Of a stretch of 64,000 nt of DNA, positions 1 to 8,428 are shown one piece after another. The notes below the pieces were generated by a model. The model was not told where the DNA came from, ran no database searches, and was given only the letters and a program-made list of their open reading frames with translations. Source of the stretch: Pedobacter sp. (GTDB lineage Bacteria; Bacteroidota; Bacteroidia; Sphingobacteriales; Sphingobacteriaceae); contig OZ252254.1 of NCBI GenBank assembly GCA_965249885.1, positions 252,013 to 316,012 on the forward strand. Reading direction: 5' to 3'. Within the stretch, counting starts at the first letter, position 1. Each line of letters opens with the position of its first letter. The translations under genes were made by a program, and so were the position numbers.

Positions 1-21
1 TTCACAAATTAATTTACTTTA

Positions 22-909
22 ATGAAACCAATATTCTTACCCCTATTTGTTTTAGCATTAGCCTTAAATTTTGGCTGCCAATCTAAGTCGCAACCTTCAA
101 ATGCGGCAGCAAACGATAGCACCGCTACCGATGGAACTGCTGTAGTTAACAACGAGGCTGAAAGTGCGCCAATTGACACTAAAAATATTAAAGTGGCAGA
201 TGCGAAAACCATTTTAGCTAGACCGCAAGTGCCAATTTTATGCTACCACCAAGTGCGCAACTGGCGCTCAACCGATGGGCAGATGGGCAAGGATTATACG
301 GTAGAGATACAGAACTTTAAAGATCAAATGAAAATGTTGGCCGATAGCGGTTACCATACCATTTTGCCAGATCAGCTATATGCCTACCTTAACGAAGGTA
401 AAGCGCTTCCTAAAAAACCAATCATGTTAACTTTTGATGATACGGTTTTAGATCAGTACACAGTGGTAAATCCAACCTTGAAGAAATATGGTTTCAAAGC
501 CGCTTATTTTATCATGACGGTTTCTATTGGCAAAAAAGGCAAGTTTGTGAACTATATGAGTGCGGAACAAATCAAGGAGCTTTCAGATGAAGGTAACACC
601 ATTGGCAGCCACACTTACGATCACAAAAACTTCAAAAAATACGCAGGTAAAGATTGGGAAGAACAGCTAGATAAGCCAACCAAAAAATTAGAAGAAATTA
701 CTGGAAAGAAAATTGAATACTTCGCTTATCCTTTTGGTTTATGGAACAAAGAAGGTTTCCCTGAATTGAAAAAAAGAGGATTTAAAATGGCATTTGCTTT
801 AGCAGATAAACGCAATGAAAATGACCCCTTAATGTGCGTAAGAAGAATTATTGCCAGCGGATTTTGGAGTCCTAAAACTTTACACAACAACATCGTAAGA
901 AGTTTTTAA
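22..909 (+). CDS. Polysaccharide deacetylase (CE4/NodB family) lipoprotein
   Basis: Lipobox LNFGC; PILCYH, TFDD, HTYDH and FAYPFG motifs of NodB-type deacetylases. Confidence 0.9.
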   Translation: MKPIFLPLFVLALALNFGCQSKSQPSNAAANDSTATDGTAVVNNEAESAPIDTKNIKVADAKTILARPQVPILCYHQVRNWRSTDGQMGKDYTVEIQNFKDQMKMLADSGYHTILPDQLYAYLNEGKALPKKPIMLTFDDTVLDQYTVVNPTLKKYGFKAAYFIMTVSIGKKGKFVNYMSAEQIKELSDEGNTIGSHTYDHKNFKKYAGKDWEEQLDKPTKKLEEITGKKIEYFAYPFGLWNKEGFPELKKRGFKMAFALADKRNENDPLMCVRRIIASGFWSPKTLHNNIVRSF

Positions 910-915
910 TACACA

Positions 916-1773
916 ATGAAAAAGTTTTGTTTAGGGGCGTTAATTTGCCCCTTTATATTTTATGGCTGCCAACCTAGCTCAGGCGATACCAACAAAACGG
1001 CAGTTCATGTTGATAGCAGCGCAAAAACACCAAGTGTAACAGATTCGGTGATTAAAGCCAATACTGCTGTTGAAATCTTAGCTAAAAAAGAAGTTCCAGT
1101 ACTTTGCTACCATCAAATTAGAGAATGGTTATCCAGTGATGGAAACCGGGCTAAAGATGATATCATTGCACCAGCTAGGTTTAAAGAGCATGTGAAAATG
1201 CTAGCCGATAGTGGTTACCACTCGATTTTACCTGATCAGCTTTACGATTATTTGGTTTACAATAAGCCGTTGCCAACCAAACCCATCATGTTCACTTTTG
1301 ATGATACGGATTTAGATCAATTTGAGGTGGCCTACCCTACACTAAGGCAATATGGCTTTAAGGGTGTTTATTTCATTATGACTGTTGCTATTGGTAAAAA
1401 GGGACGTATTTCGTACATGAACGCCCAACAAATTAAGGAGCTTTCGGACAATGGAAACGTCATTGCAAGTCATACCTACGACCATAAAAACTTCGCCAAG
1501 TTTACAGAGGAAGATTGGAAAACACAAATTGATGAACCTACCAAAAAGCTGGAAAAAATTACCGGAAAAAAAGTGGCGTACTTTGCCTATCCGTATGGAG
1601 TTTACAAAGCCAGCTTGCTGCCAAAGTTGAAAGAGCATGGCTTTAAAGCGGCATTTATCCTCTCTACTAAAAGAGATGAAAATTATCCACTGTATACCAT
1701 CAGAAGAATTATTGACCCTGGGCATTATACCGCAAGAAATTTGATGCACAGTATTAAGAAGAGTTTCAAGTAA
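916..1773 (+). CDS. Polysaccharide deacetylase (CE4) lipoprotein, tandem paralogue
   Basis: Lipobox FYGC; PVLCYH, TFDD, HTYDH, FAYPYG; long near-identical blocks shared with 22..909. Confidence 0.9.
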   Translation: MKKFCLGALICPFIFYGCQPSSGDTNKTAVHVDSSAKTPSVTDSVIKANTAVEILAKKEVPVLCYHQIREWLSSDGNRAKDDIIAPARFKEHVKMLADSGYHSILPDQLYDYLVYNKPLPTKPIMFTFDDTDLDQFEVAYPTLRQYGFKGVYFIMTVAIGKKGRISYMNAQQIKELSDNGNVIASHTYDHKNFAKFTEEDWKTQIDEPTKKLEKITGKKVAYFAYPYGVYKASLLPKLKEHGFKAAFILSTKRDENYPLYTIRRIIDPGHYTARNLMHSIKKSFK

Positions 1774-1816
1774 GATTTGTTTGCGAACGATAACGTAGAA
1801 AATCTTACTAAAGCAA

Positions 1817-2260
1817 TCAAGAAATACTATCTATCGTATATTTCTTTCCGTTAAAGTCAAACGCCTCGCCTTTAGCTTTACCAATCAGCAATTTTCCTAT
1901 GGGTGAGGCAGCGGAAACCGCGAAGTAAGTTTGATTGTTCAGCGTAAGTTGCCCAGCACTGATGCTGATATAAAAGTTCCCATTATTAGTAAACACCAAA
2001 CTACCCGCCCTAACTTTTGCTGTTTCGGCAACATCCGCCAGGCTTAAAAGCACCGACTTCTGCTGTTGCGCATCTGCCAAAAGCTGTTTGTTCCTGTTGA
2101 TGTCTTGTTGAGCCATTTCCCTACCGGTCTCAAATTTATCGCCAGCACTACTTTTGGTATCGTCGTTACTGGCTTCTTGAGCTTGTTGCAAAGCTTCAGT
2201 TGCGTTGGCAATACGTTGATCAATAAACTTCAAGCAAAGTTCGTAGAGTTGATTTTTCAA
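1817..2260 (-). CDS. GreA/GreB-like small protein (N-terminal coiled coil, C-terminal FKBP-like domain)
   Basis: TTG start; coiled coil with acidic tip DDTKSSAGDKFETGRE; C-terminal SAASPIGKLLIGK matches the Gre-family SPxG motif. Confidence 0.7.
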   Translation of the reverse strand: MKNQLYELCLKFIDQRIANATEALQQAQEASNDDTKSSAGDKFETGREMAQQDINRNKQLLADAQQQKSVLLSLADVAETAKVRAGSLVFTNNGNFYISISAGQLTLNNQTYFAVSAASPIGKLLIGKAKGEAFDFNGKKYTIDSIS

Positions 2261-2262
2261 AC

Positions 2263-2367
2263 TGATGATTGTTAGATTGGTATTTCAGATTAATTGATAG
2301 TTGGTATATCCACGTGTTGACAGCGTAAGCAATCACAGTTCCTAACTGAAAACTGCAACTGTTAACT
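2263..2367. repeat. Inverted degenerate heptamer arrays filling an intergenic spacer
   Basis: G/T-rich degenerate units at 2263-2305; CTAACTG AAAACTG CAACTG TTAACT at 2342-2367, overlapping the nitroreductase stop. Confidence 0.55.
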
Positions 2368-2940
2368 TTCCATCCACTGCACTTTCTCGCTCATCGGTGT
2401 ACGGTTGGCAGCTCTTGGTTCGGCATTGTGATAACCCATGTAAAACAGACCGTAACATTTTTCGTTTTCGGCCAAACCTAGGAAATTATCCAAATGAGCA
2501 ATTAACGGTGGTGAACTCCAATAAGCACCAATATTTAGCGCCTCGGCTGTTAGCGCCATGTTTTGTACTGCACAGGCAACAGCGGCTATTTCCTCCCAAG
2601 CGGGCAACTTATCTTCATTAAACTGAATACATATGGCAACAATGACATCTGCTTGAGCGGTTTTTTGAGCGAAACTATCGAACTTTTTCTGCAAAAATTT
2701 ATCAGCAGGTACGGTTTGTTGGTAAATCTTACCAAGCTCCGCTCCTAACTTTGCTTTGGCACCTTTGGCAATTACCTTGAAACGCCAAGGCTGCGTTAAT
2801 TTATGGGTTGGCGCATAGTTGGCACTCTCTAAAATCTCATCGATTAGCTCCCTAGGAATCTCCTTTTGGATGTAACTTTCAGGAAATACGCTTCTTCTGC
2901 TTTTGATAATTTCTGATAAAATTGTTGCCTTTTCATTCAT
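2362..2940 (-). CDS. Nitroreductase family protein (YdjA-like)
   Basis: IIKSRRS, APTHKLTQPWRF, AVQNMAL.A..L.IGAYW motifs. Confidence 0.9.
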   Translation of the reverse strand: MNEKATILSEIIKSRRSVFPESYIQKEIPRELIDEILESANYAPTHKLTQPWRFKVIAKGAKAKLGAELGKIYQQTVPADKFLQKKFDSFAQKTAQADVIVAICIQFNEDKLPAWEEIAAVACAVQNMALTAEALNIGAYWSSPPLIAHLDNFLGLAENEKCYGLFYMGYHNAEPRAANRTPMSEKVQWMES

Positions 2941-2945
2941 AGCGC

Positions 2946-2953
2946 CAAAAGTA
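2946..2953 (-). promoter_or_regulatory. Bacteroidota housekeeping -7 promoter element (TACTTTTG)
   Basis: Exact TAnnTTTG match 5 nt before the nitroreductase ATG. Confidence 0.6.
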
Positions 2954-3021
2954 AGATTTTAATTGTTGCTTTATGTTTCGTGCTTGTAAAATTGAGTGAT
3001 CAACCAATGATGCAGCTCAGT

Positions 3022-3576
3022 TTACTTGATTTTTAGCTGCTTCCTAATTTGCTTCACCTTGGCAAAAAATGCAATGCTTTCTTTATCCACCAAATACTCC
3101 ATGGTGGCAATTAATTCTTCTTTTACCCAAGGATGTTTAGGACAAAAATTGGCTAATATATTTAAACAATGAGATTTGATGGCAACTGGCACATCATCGT
3201 CAATTAACCAAGCGAAAGTGGTTTCTACTAAATGAGTTGTATCGTAACTGGCTAAAAAATCTTTTACCTGCTGTGGTGCATTTTTCTTGGTGAGCAATGC
3301 CAATATTTTCCCGAAATGCCTACGAGCAGAAAGGTTGTTTTGTGACGAAAAACGGTCTGAAAAATACGCTAGATATGGCACGAAATTTTGCGGATGATTT
3401 ACGTAGATATTTTCTAAAATCCACGCGGCCCTGAATCCTATTTGCTCCTCCGGATGGAATGTGAGATCGATTACATCCTTAATGGCATCGGCCTGCGACG
3501 ATGCCAGCTCAGCCAACAAATGTACTTTTGTTTTTTGCAGGGTGTTTTTGATGTCCGTTAATAGTTGCTCTTTCAT
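3022..3576 (-). CDS. Hypothetical all-helical (HEAT/ARM-like) protein
   Basis: 184-aa ORF with repeated amphipathic helices (RAAWILENIY, RRHFGKILALL); no catalytic motif recognised. Confidence 0.6.
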   Translation of the reverse strand: MKEQLLTDIKNTLQKTKVHLLAELASSQADAIKDVIDLTFHPEEQIGFRAAWILENIYVNHPQNFVPYLAYFSDRFSSQNNLSARRHFGKILALLTKKNAPQQVKDFLASYDTTHLVETTFAWLIDDDVPVAIKSHCLNILANFCPKHPWVKEELIATMEYLVDKESIAFFAKVKQIRKQLKIK

Positions 3577-3664
3577 TGCTTTTTAAAATTAGCATTTTAC
3601 CGATAATAATTGCTTAGCGAGTTTCTTTTTGCTTGGGGTTTGGTTGCAGTAACTGGAGTTAAAT

Positions 3665-3733
3665 AAACCCGATTGAACGGTTAGCCCGCATGCCGAGGTA
3701 GCGCTTGGGGCGGCTAAGAGTGAAAGCGGGACT
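3665..3733. repeat. Palindromic miniature repeat, AAACCCGA...GCGGGRCT family
   Basis: Termini aaacccgattg and gcgggact shared with 47148-47248 and 47284-47370; internal ttagcc/ggctaa stem. Confidence 0.6.
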
Positions 3734-3832
3734 GAACTAGCCAAGTACTGCTTGAATTCATTTTCAAAACAAAGCAAGTTTCGGATTTTAAGTTACCCCG
3801 GTTTGTGAGATTTTTGCTTAAATTTAAGGCTG

Positions 3833-4678
3833 ATGAATACGCAAGAAGAGCTGAATTATGCAAGAATTGCCAAAGCAATTGAGTATATAAAAACGCATTT
3901 TAAAGATCAACCCAACTTGGATGATGTGGCAGAGCATGTAAATTTAAGTCCGTTCCATTTCCAACGCTTATTTACGGAATGGGCTGGCACTAGTCCGAAG
4001 AAATTTTTGCAATATGTGAGTGTAAATTATGCTAAGCAACTGCTAACAACGCAAAAGGCAACCTTATTTGACACTGCCTTCGAAACCGGATTATCGGGCA
4101 CCAGTCGCCTACACGATTTATTTGTGAACATTGAGGGAATGACACCTGCAGAGTATAAGAATGGCGGTTCCGAACTTGACATCAACTTTAGCTTGAATGC
4201 CACAAAATTTGGTAATTTATTAACGGCTGCCACTCCAAAAGGTGTTTGCTACATGGCGTTTTATGAAGATGAAACCACAGCAATTAACCTGCTAAAAGCA
4301 AAATTTCCTAAAGCACACTTTCACCTTAAAATAGATGATTTGCAGCAGAATGCGATGTTAATATTCAAGGAAGATTGGAGTAACCTGCCTGAAATTAAAT
4401 TACACTTAAAAGGAACGGATTTTCAATTGAAGGTTTGGGAGGCGCTGCTTAAAATTCCGATGGGACAGTTGGCAACCTACGGCAAACTAGCACATGAAAT
4501 TGGCAATGTGAATGCATCAAGGGCGGTTGGAACAGCTATTGGGAGTAACCCGGTTGCTTTTTTAATTCCTTGCCACAGGGTGATCCAAAGTAGTGGTAAT
4601 TTTGGAGGTTACATGTGGGGCAATACACGCAAAACAGCGATTATTGGCTGGGAGCAGGCGGTGGTTGGTAATCAGTGA
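3833..4678 (+). CDS. ada: AraC-HTH plus methylated-DNA--protein-cysteine methyltransferase (Ada-like)
   Basis: N-terminal AraC HTH (LSPFHFQRLFTEWAGTSP); C-terminal IPCHRVI active site. Confidence 0.9.
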   Translation: MNTQEELNYARIAKAIEYIKTHFKDQPNLDDVAEHVNLSPFHFQRLFTEWAGTSPKKFLQYVSVNYAKQLLTTQKATLFDTAFETGLSGTSRLHDLFVNIEGMTPAEYKNGGSELDINFSLNATKFGNLLTAATPKGVCYMAFYEDETTAINLLKAKFPKAHFHLKIDDLQQNAMLIFKEDWSNLPEIKLHLKGTDFQLKVWEALLKIPMGQLATYGKLAHEIGNVNASRAVGTAIGSNPVAFLIPCHRVIQSSGNFGGYMWGNTRKTAIIGWEQAVVGNQ

Positions 4679-4725
4679 ACAGGAATCAGGGGTCAGGAGT
4701 CAGGAGTCAGTGATCGGTGATCAGT
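4661..4725 (+). repeat. Heptamer tandem array, G-rich (9 units)
   Basis: GTGGTTG GTAATCA GTGAACA GGAATCA GGGGTCA GGAGTCA GGAGTCA GTGATCG GTGATCA in strict 7-nt phase, running through the ada stop codon. Confidence 0.85.
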
Positions 4726-4761
4726 ACCTAGATATCGATGTTCAGTAGAAGGATTATTTTT

Positions 4762-4769
4762 TAAATTTG
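4762..4769 (+). promoter_or_regulatory. -7 promoter element (TAAATTTG) for the four-helix-bundle gene
   Basis: Exact TAnnTTTG 17 nt before the ATG at 4787; no clear -33 TTTG. Confidence 0.5.
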
Positions 4770-4786
4770 GAAATCAGCATTAACCT

Positions 4787-5134
4787 ATGGCTATAAAATG
4801 TTTTGAAGATATTGTGGCTTGGCAAAAGGCACAAGACTTTTCTGTATTTATTTACAAGAGTTTTGGAAATTTAAAAGATTGGGATTTCCGAAGTCAAATA
4901 TGTAGAGCGTCAGTTTCGATTTCCAACAATATTGCAGAAGGGTTTGACAGAGGCACAAAACCGGAGTTTAAGCGATTTTTGTATATCAGTTTGGCTTCGA
5001 CAAGTGAAGTAAAATCAATGTTGTACCTTGCCAAAAGGTTAAATTATGTTGATGAGATCACTTTTATAACTTTGCTTTCTCAAGCACAGGAAATTTCAAA
5101 AATAACCAACGGACTTATCAAATCGATTGCCTGA
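4787..5134 (+). CDS. Four helix bundle protein (23S rRNA IVP / Avd-like family)
   Basis: FEDIVAWQKA, QICRASVSISNNIAEG, EFKRFLYISLAS..E family signature; 115 aa. Confidence 0.9.
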   Translation: MAIKCFEDIVAWQKAQDFSVFIYKSFGNLKDWDFRSQICRASVSISNNIAEGFDRGTKPEFKRFLYISLASTSEVKSMLYLAKRLNYVDEITFITLLSQAQEISKITNGLIKSIA

Positions 5135-5182
5135 TACCTAACACCTAACACCTAACCACTAATACCTAACCCCTAACCCTAA
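5131..5182 (+). repeat. Heptamer tandem array, C/A-rich (7 units)
   Basis: CTGATAC CTAACAC CTAACAC CTAACCA CTAATAC CTAACCC CTAACCC from the stop codon of 4787..5134 almost to the alkB ATG. Confidence 0.9.
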
Positions 5183-5185
5183 AAA

Positions 5186-5794
5186 ATGACCTTATTCACC
5201 AATATCCAAGACGCTTCAAAAAACTTTCTTCCTAAAGACGGTGTTGTAAATTACTACGGCACAATTTTCAGCAAAGCTGAAGCTGATATTTACTATAAAA
5301 AATTGTTAGAGGAAATTGCTTGGGAAAACGATCAGGCGGTGATTTTCGGCAAATTGATTATCACCAAACGTAAAGTGGCTTGGTACGGCGAAAAGCCTTT
5401 TCAATACACCTATTCCAACATCACTAAAACCGCACTACCTTGGACAGAAGAGCTACTAGCCTTAAAAAATAAGGCTGAAGAACTTTCTGGGGAAACTTTC
5501 AACTCCTGCTTACTAAACCTTTACCACAACGGCAGCGAAGGCATGGCTTGGCACAGCGATGCAGAAAAAGATTTGAAAAAAGACGGCGCTATTGCCTCTT
5601 TAAGCTTTGGAGCGGAAAGAAAATTTGCCCTTAAGCACAAAGAAGATAAAACAACCGTTTCGCTGTTTTTGGAACACGGTAGCTTACTGATCATGAAAGG
5701 CACGACACAAACGCATTGGCTTCACAGGTTACCGCCTACCAAGTTGGTAAGCAAACCGAGAATCAATTTGACATTTAGAACGATTGTGGGGTGA
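5186..5794 (+). CDS. alkB: Alpha-ketoglutarate-dependent dioxygenase AlkB (ALKBH2/3-like)
   Basis: NSCLLNLY, HSD (HxD), HRLP, RINLTFR motifs. Confidence 0.92.
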   Translation: MTLFTNIQDASKNFLPKDGVVNYYGTIFSKAEADIYYKKLLEEIAWENDQAVIFGKLIITKRKVAWYGEKPFQYTYSNITKTALPWTEELLALKNKAEELSGETFNSCLLNLYHNGSEGMAWHSDAEKDLKKDGAIASLSFGAERKFALKHKEDKTTVSLFLEHGSLLIMKGTTQTHWLHRLPPTKLVSKPRINLTFRTIVG

Positions 5795-5809
5795 TGTGCC
5801 TAACAACTA

Positions 5810-6186
5810 CTACCATTCCCAAGGATTTTCAATTTCTAGGTTAGCAATCCCCTTAAAATCTTCCACATTTCTAGTTAGTAAGACATATCCACCGACTAGA
5901 ACCGTGGCAGCTAGTAGCTCATCTGGCAATTTGATTTTTTTAGATTTCCTGATAGAAATGGTATTCTCAACGATGTTGGCATCTACATACACAACCGTTA
6001 CCATATCTATGAAAGCGATTAAGCTTGGTAAAACGCTGGGGTGACCTAATTTTCAATTCTATTGACAAATGAAATATTGAATTCCTCATCAATAATATTA
6101 CTGATTTTAATAGCAGCACTTTTCGGCAATAGGCCACCGACATATTCAATCAGTATATTGGTATCAATTAAATATCTCTTTCCCAT
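5810..6186 (-). pseudogene. vapC: VapC-type PIN-domain toxin with a 1-nt frameshift
   Basis: ATG at 6186 reads MGKRYLIDTNILIEY...NRIEN then TAG (6046-6048); the other frame continues LGHPSV...KLPDELLAAT...LLTRNVEDF...NPWEW; 377 nt, one short of a 125-aa gene. Confidence 0.85.
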
Positions 6187-6371
6187 TTTTCTCTACTCTC
6201 AACAACGCTTTTTAAAAGCTCTTTCGCTGTTTTCGACGGAATGGCACCGACATAATCAGATGGCTTTTTTGGTAACGAATCACTTTTCTTAAATGAAACA
6301 CCAAATTGTTTCAATATTTCCTTAATTAAAGCACTTTTCTCGTCGGGAACGTTTATAATCAAAGTCTCCAT
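6168..6371 (-). CDS. Putative antitoxin of the VapC pair
   Basis: 67-aa ORF from ATG at 6371 (METLIINVPDEK); C-terminus SREKWERDI overlaps the toxin start by 19 nt. Confidence 0.75.
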   Translation of the reverse strand: METLIINVPDEKSALIKEILKQFGVSFKKSDSLPKKPSDYVGAIPSKTAKELLKSVVESREKWERDI

Positions 6372-6401
6372 AACCAAATTTAACAATTTTTATTCCAAAT
6401 C

Positions 6402-7712
6402 CTAGCCATGCTTTTTTTGCTTGTTCATCTTAGCTTTTTCACCGCTGCTGTAGTTAGTTGTTTTTGCATTGCTTTCTTTTTTAGGCTGAAACGCAGCATT
6501 TCTAAACGCTTCCTCTTCTGCCTGCTGCCGCTCTAATTCCTTTGCATTTTTAGTTTTAACCTTAGCCGTTTTGCTGGTATCTTCTACAAGTAAACCATCA
6601 GGCAAATCAGCTTCCTGCATCTTTTGCCCTATCGCTTGTTCTATCTTTCTTAATTCTGAAAGTTCTAAATCAGCAATAAAATTAAGCGCTACAAAATCCA
6701 CCTCATCTTTTTTAAGCACTCGGTTAATGTACAACATCCTATCTTCCGGCAGCTCAAAGTGAAAAACAAACGGAATACCGCTCAAACTTGATTCCTCAAA
6801 ATTCTCATTAGCCACAATGAGCACTCTGGCCTTTTCGTTCACTTTAAAAGCATCTAAACTTTCAAAGCCAGCTTCGTCAAAAAACAATGGTTTATGAACA
6901 AATATGTCGTCCGCCTTACCGTCGAACAAATCTTTAGACAAAGTTTGTGCTGTTAATCGGGTGTTTACAAAAACCACCACTTTATCAAAAACTTCCGTAT
7001 CTGCCAACAACAAATTAAGCAAGTTCAGTTTGGTACGAAAATTAGGAACATGATAAACCAGCTGAGTATAAGTCTCTACTTTTGCATCCATTACTTCATC
7101 AACCTCAATGGTTGCAGGTATGAACATAAAATCAGCAATCATTTTCTCAAGCCTCTCATGCATTACATCGGTAAATACCAAGTGTTGACATTTTTGAATA
7201 CTGTTTGCCAACTCATTGACAGGCAATTGCAACCCTTGCTTTACCAAATCTGCGGCATCATCCAACACCAACATCTGTATTTTATTGGTATTAAGCCCAA
7301 GTTTCAAATAAATTGCTCTGGCTCTAGTTGGAACAGCAACAATAATATCCACACCCGAAGTGAGCTCTTCAACTTGTTCGTCAATAGGTTCATCAGCGTG
7401 GATACCTACAATTTTAAAGGTGCTATTTCTGTTTAGCTGATTAAAACAAGCTAGTACTTCCAATACTTTCTCTTTGTTAGGCACTAAAATTAAAGCTCTT
7501 GGAGCATCGCCTCCGCCAGTTTTTAAGCGCATTAAGGTAGCCAATACGTAGGTGGTAGTTTTACCGCTTCCCTCGGGGCCAATGGCTATCACGTCCTGTC
7601 CGCCTAAAATACGTGACATGGTTTTTAACTGGATTTCTTTGGCTGATAAATGCCCTAAAGCACTCATTGCAGCTACCAAAGGTTTACTTAATTTTAATTG
7701 TTCTAACGACAC
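6402..7712 (-). CDS. DEAD/DEAH-box helicase-like protein with degenerate motifs
   Basis: GTG start; Walker A GPEGSGKTT and VFVNTR present; motif II reads LDDAAD and motif VI reads YINRVLK. Confidence 0.8.
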   Translation of the reverse strand: MSLEQLKLSKPLVAAMSALGHLSAKEIQLKTMSRILGGQDVIAIGPEGSGKTTTYVLATLMRLKTGGGDAPRALILVPNKEKVLEVLACFNQLNRNSTFKIVGIHADEPIDEQVEELTSGVDIIVAVPTRARAIYLKLGLNTNKIQMLVLDDAADLVKQGLQLPVNELANSIQKCQHLVFTDVMHERLEKMIADFMFIPATIEVDEVMDAKVETYTQLVYHVPNFRTKLNLLNLLLADTEVFDKVVVFVNTRLTAQTLSKDLFDGKADDIFVHKPLFFDEAGFESLDAFKVNEKARVLIVANENFEESSLSGIPFVFHFELPEDRMLYINRVLKKDEVDFVALNFIADLELSELRKIEQAIGQKMQEADLPDGLLVEDTSKTAKVKTKNAKELERQQAEEEAFRNAAFQPKKESNAKTTNYSSGEKAKMNKQKKHG

Positions 7713-7734
7713 CTTGTATTGATTATATGAACTG

Positions 7735-7742
7735 CAAATTTA
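7735..7742 (-). promoter_or_regulatory. -7 promoter element (TAAATTTG)
   Basis: Exact TAnnTTTG 22 nt upstream of the helicase start. Confidence 0.55.
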
Positions 7743-7877
7743 CAGAAATAAAAAAGAATGGGCTAAAACCATTATTTTTAAATTTTTTGTAGCGTTTTTA
7801 ATGTACCTGCCGTATAGGGTTTCAAATGTCGGTTGCTAGAGAACAGTTTTAACGTTATTGAATTGAAGAGATAACGT

Positions 7878-8426
7878 ATGTCAGATAACGAGAGCTTAAG
7901 TAAGCTCATTAGTGCTTGTAAAAAGGGCGATTTACGTCAACAGGAGTTACTGTACAAACAGTTCTATGGCTACGCTTTGGGGGTTTGTATTCGTTATCTC
8001 AACAATAAAGAAGATGCTTTAGAAGCAGCCAATGATAGTTTCATCAAAGTGTTCAAGTCGATTGCAAGCTTTAATGATGAAAACAATTTTAAGCCTTGGT
8101 TCAGACGTATTTTAATTAACACTTCGCTCGACTATCGCAGAAAAGCAATGCGATTTAGTGAGGCGCTTGAATTAACCGACACCGTAGCTCAAACAACTCA
8201 TAGTTGTGCCATCGATAAACTTAGCGCTCAGGATATTTTATCGCTTATGAAACACTTAAACGACATGCAGCGAGCAGTTTTTAACCTTTACGAAATTGAC
8301 GGCTACTCTCATAAAGAAATAGGTAATATGCTTAACATCCCAGAAAGTTCATCAAGAACGTATTTAACACGGGCAAAACAAGCATTACAACAATTATTAA
8401 CCACCCACTCCATTTATAGCAAATAG
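7878..8426 (+). CDS. ECF RNA polymerase sigma factor
   Basis: Region 2 (DALEAANDSFIKVF, FKPWFRRILIN) and region 4 (YEIDGYSHKEIG.ML.I.ESSSRTYL.RAK). Confidence 0.93.
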   Translation: MSDNESLSKLISACKKGDLRQQELLYKQFYGYALGVCIRYLNNKEDALEAANDSFIKVFKSIASFNDENNFKPWFRRILINTSLDYRRKAMRFSEALELTDTVAQTTHSCAIDKLSAQDILSLMKHLNDMQRAVFNLYEIDGYSHKEIGNMLNIPESSSRTYLTRAKQALQQLLTTHSIYSK

Positions 8427-8428
8427 AT

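Noticed and set aside
3589-3777. 62-aa minus-strand ORF
   Set aside because: It is a translation of the palindromic repeat element with no protein-like features.
6375-6382. TAAATTTG promoter for the antitoxin
   Set aside because: Only 3 nt from the ATG at 6371, closer than expected for a usable start site; left uncalled.
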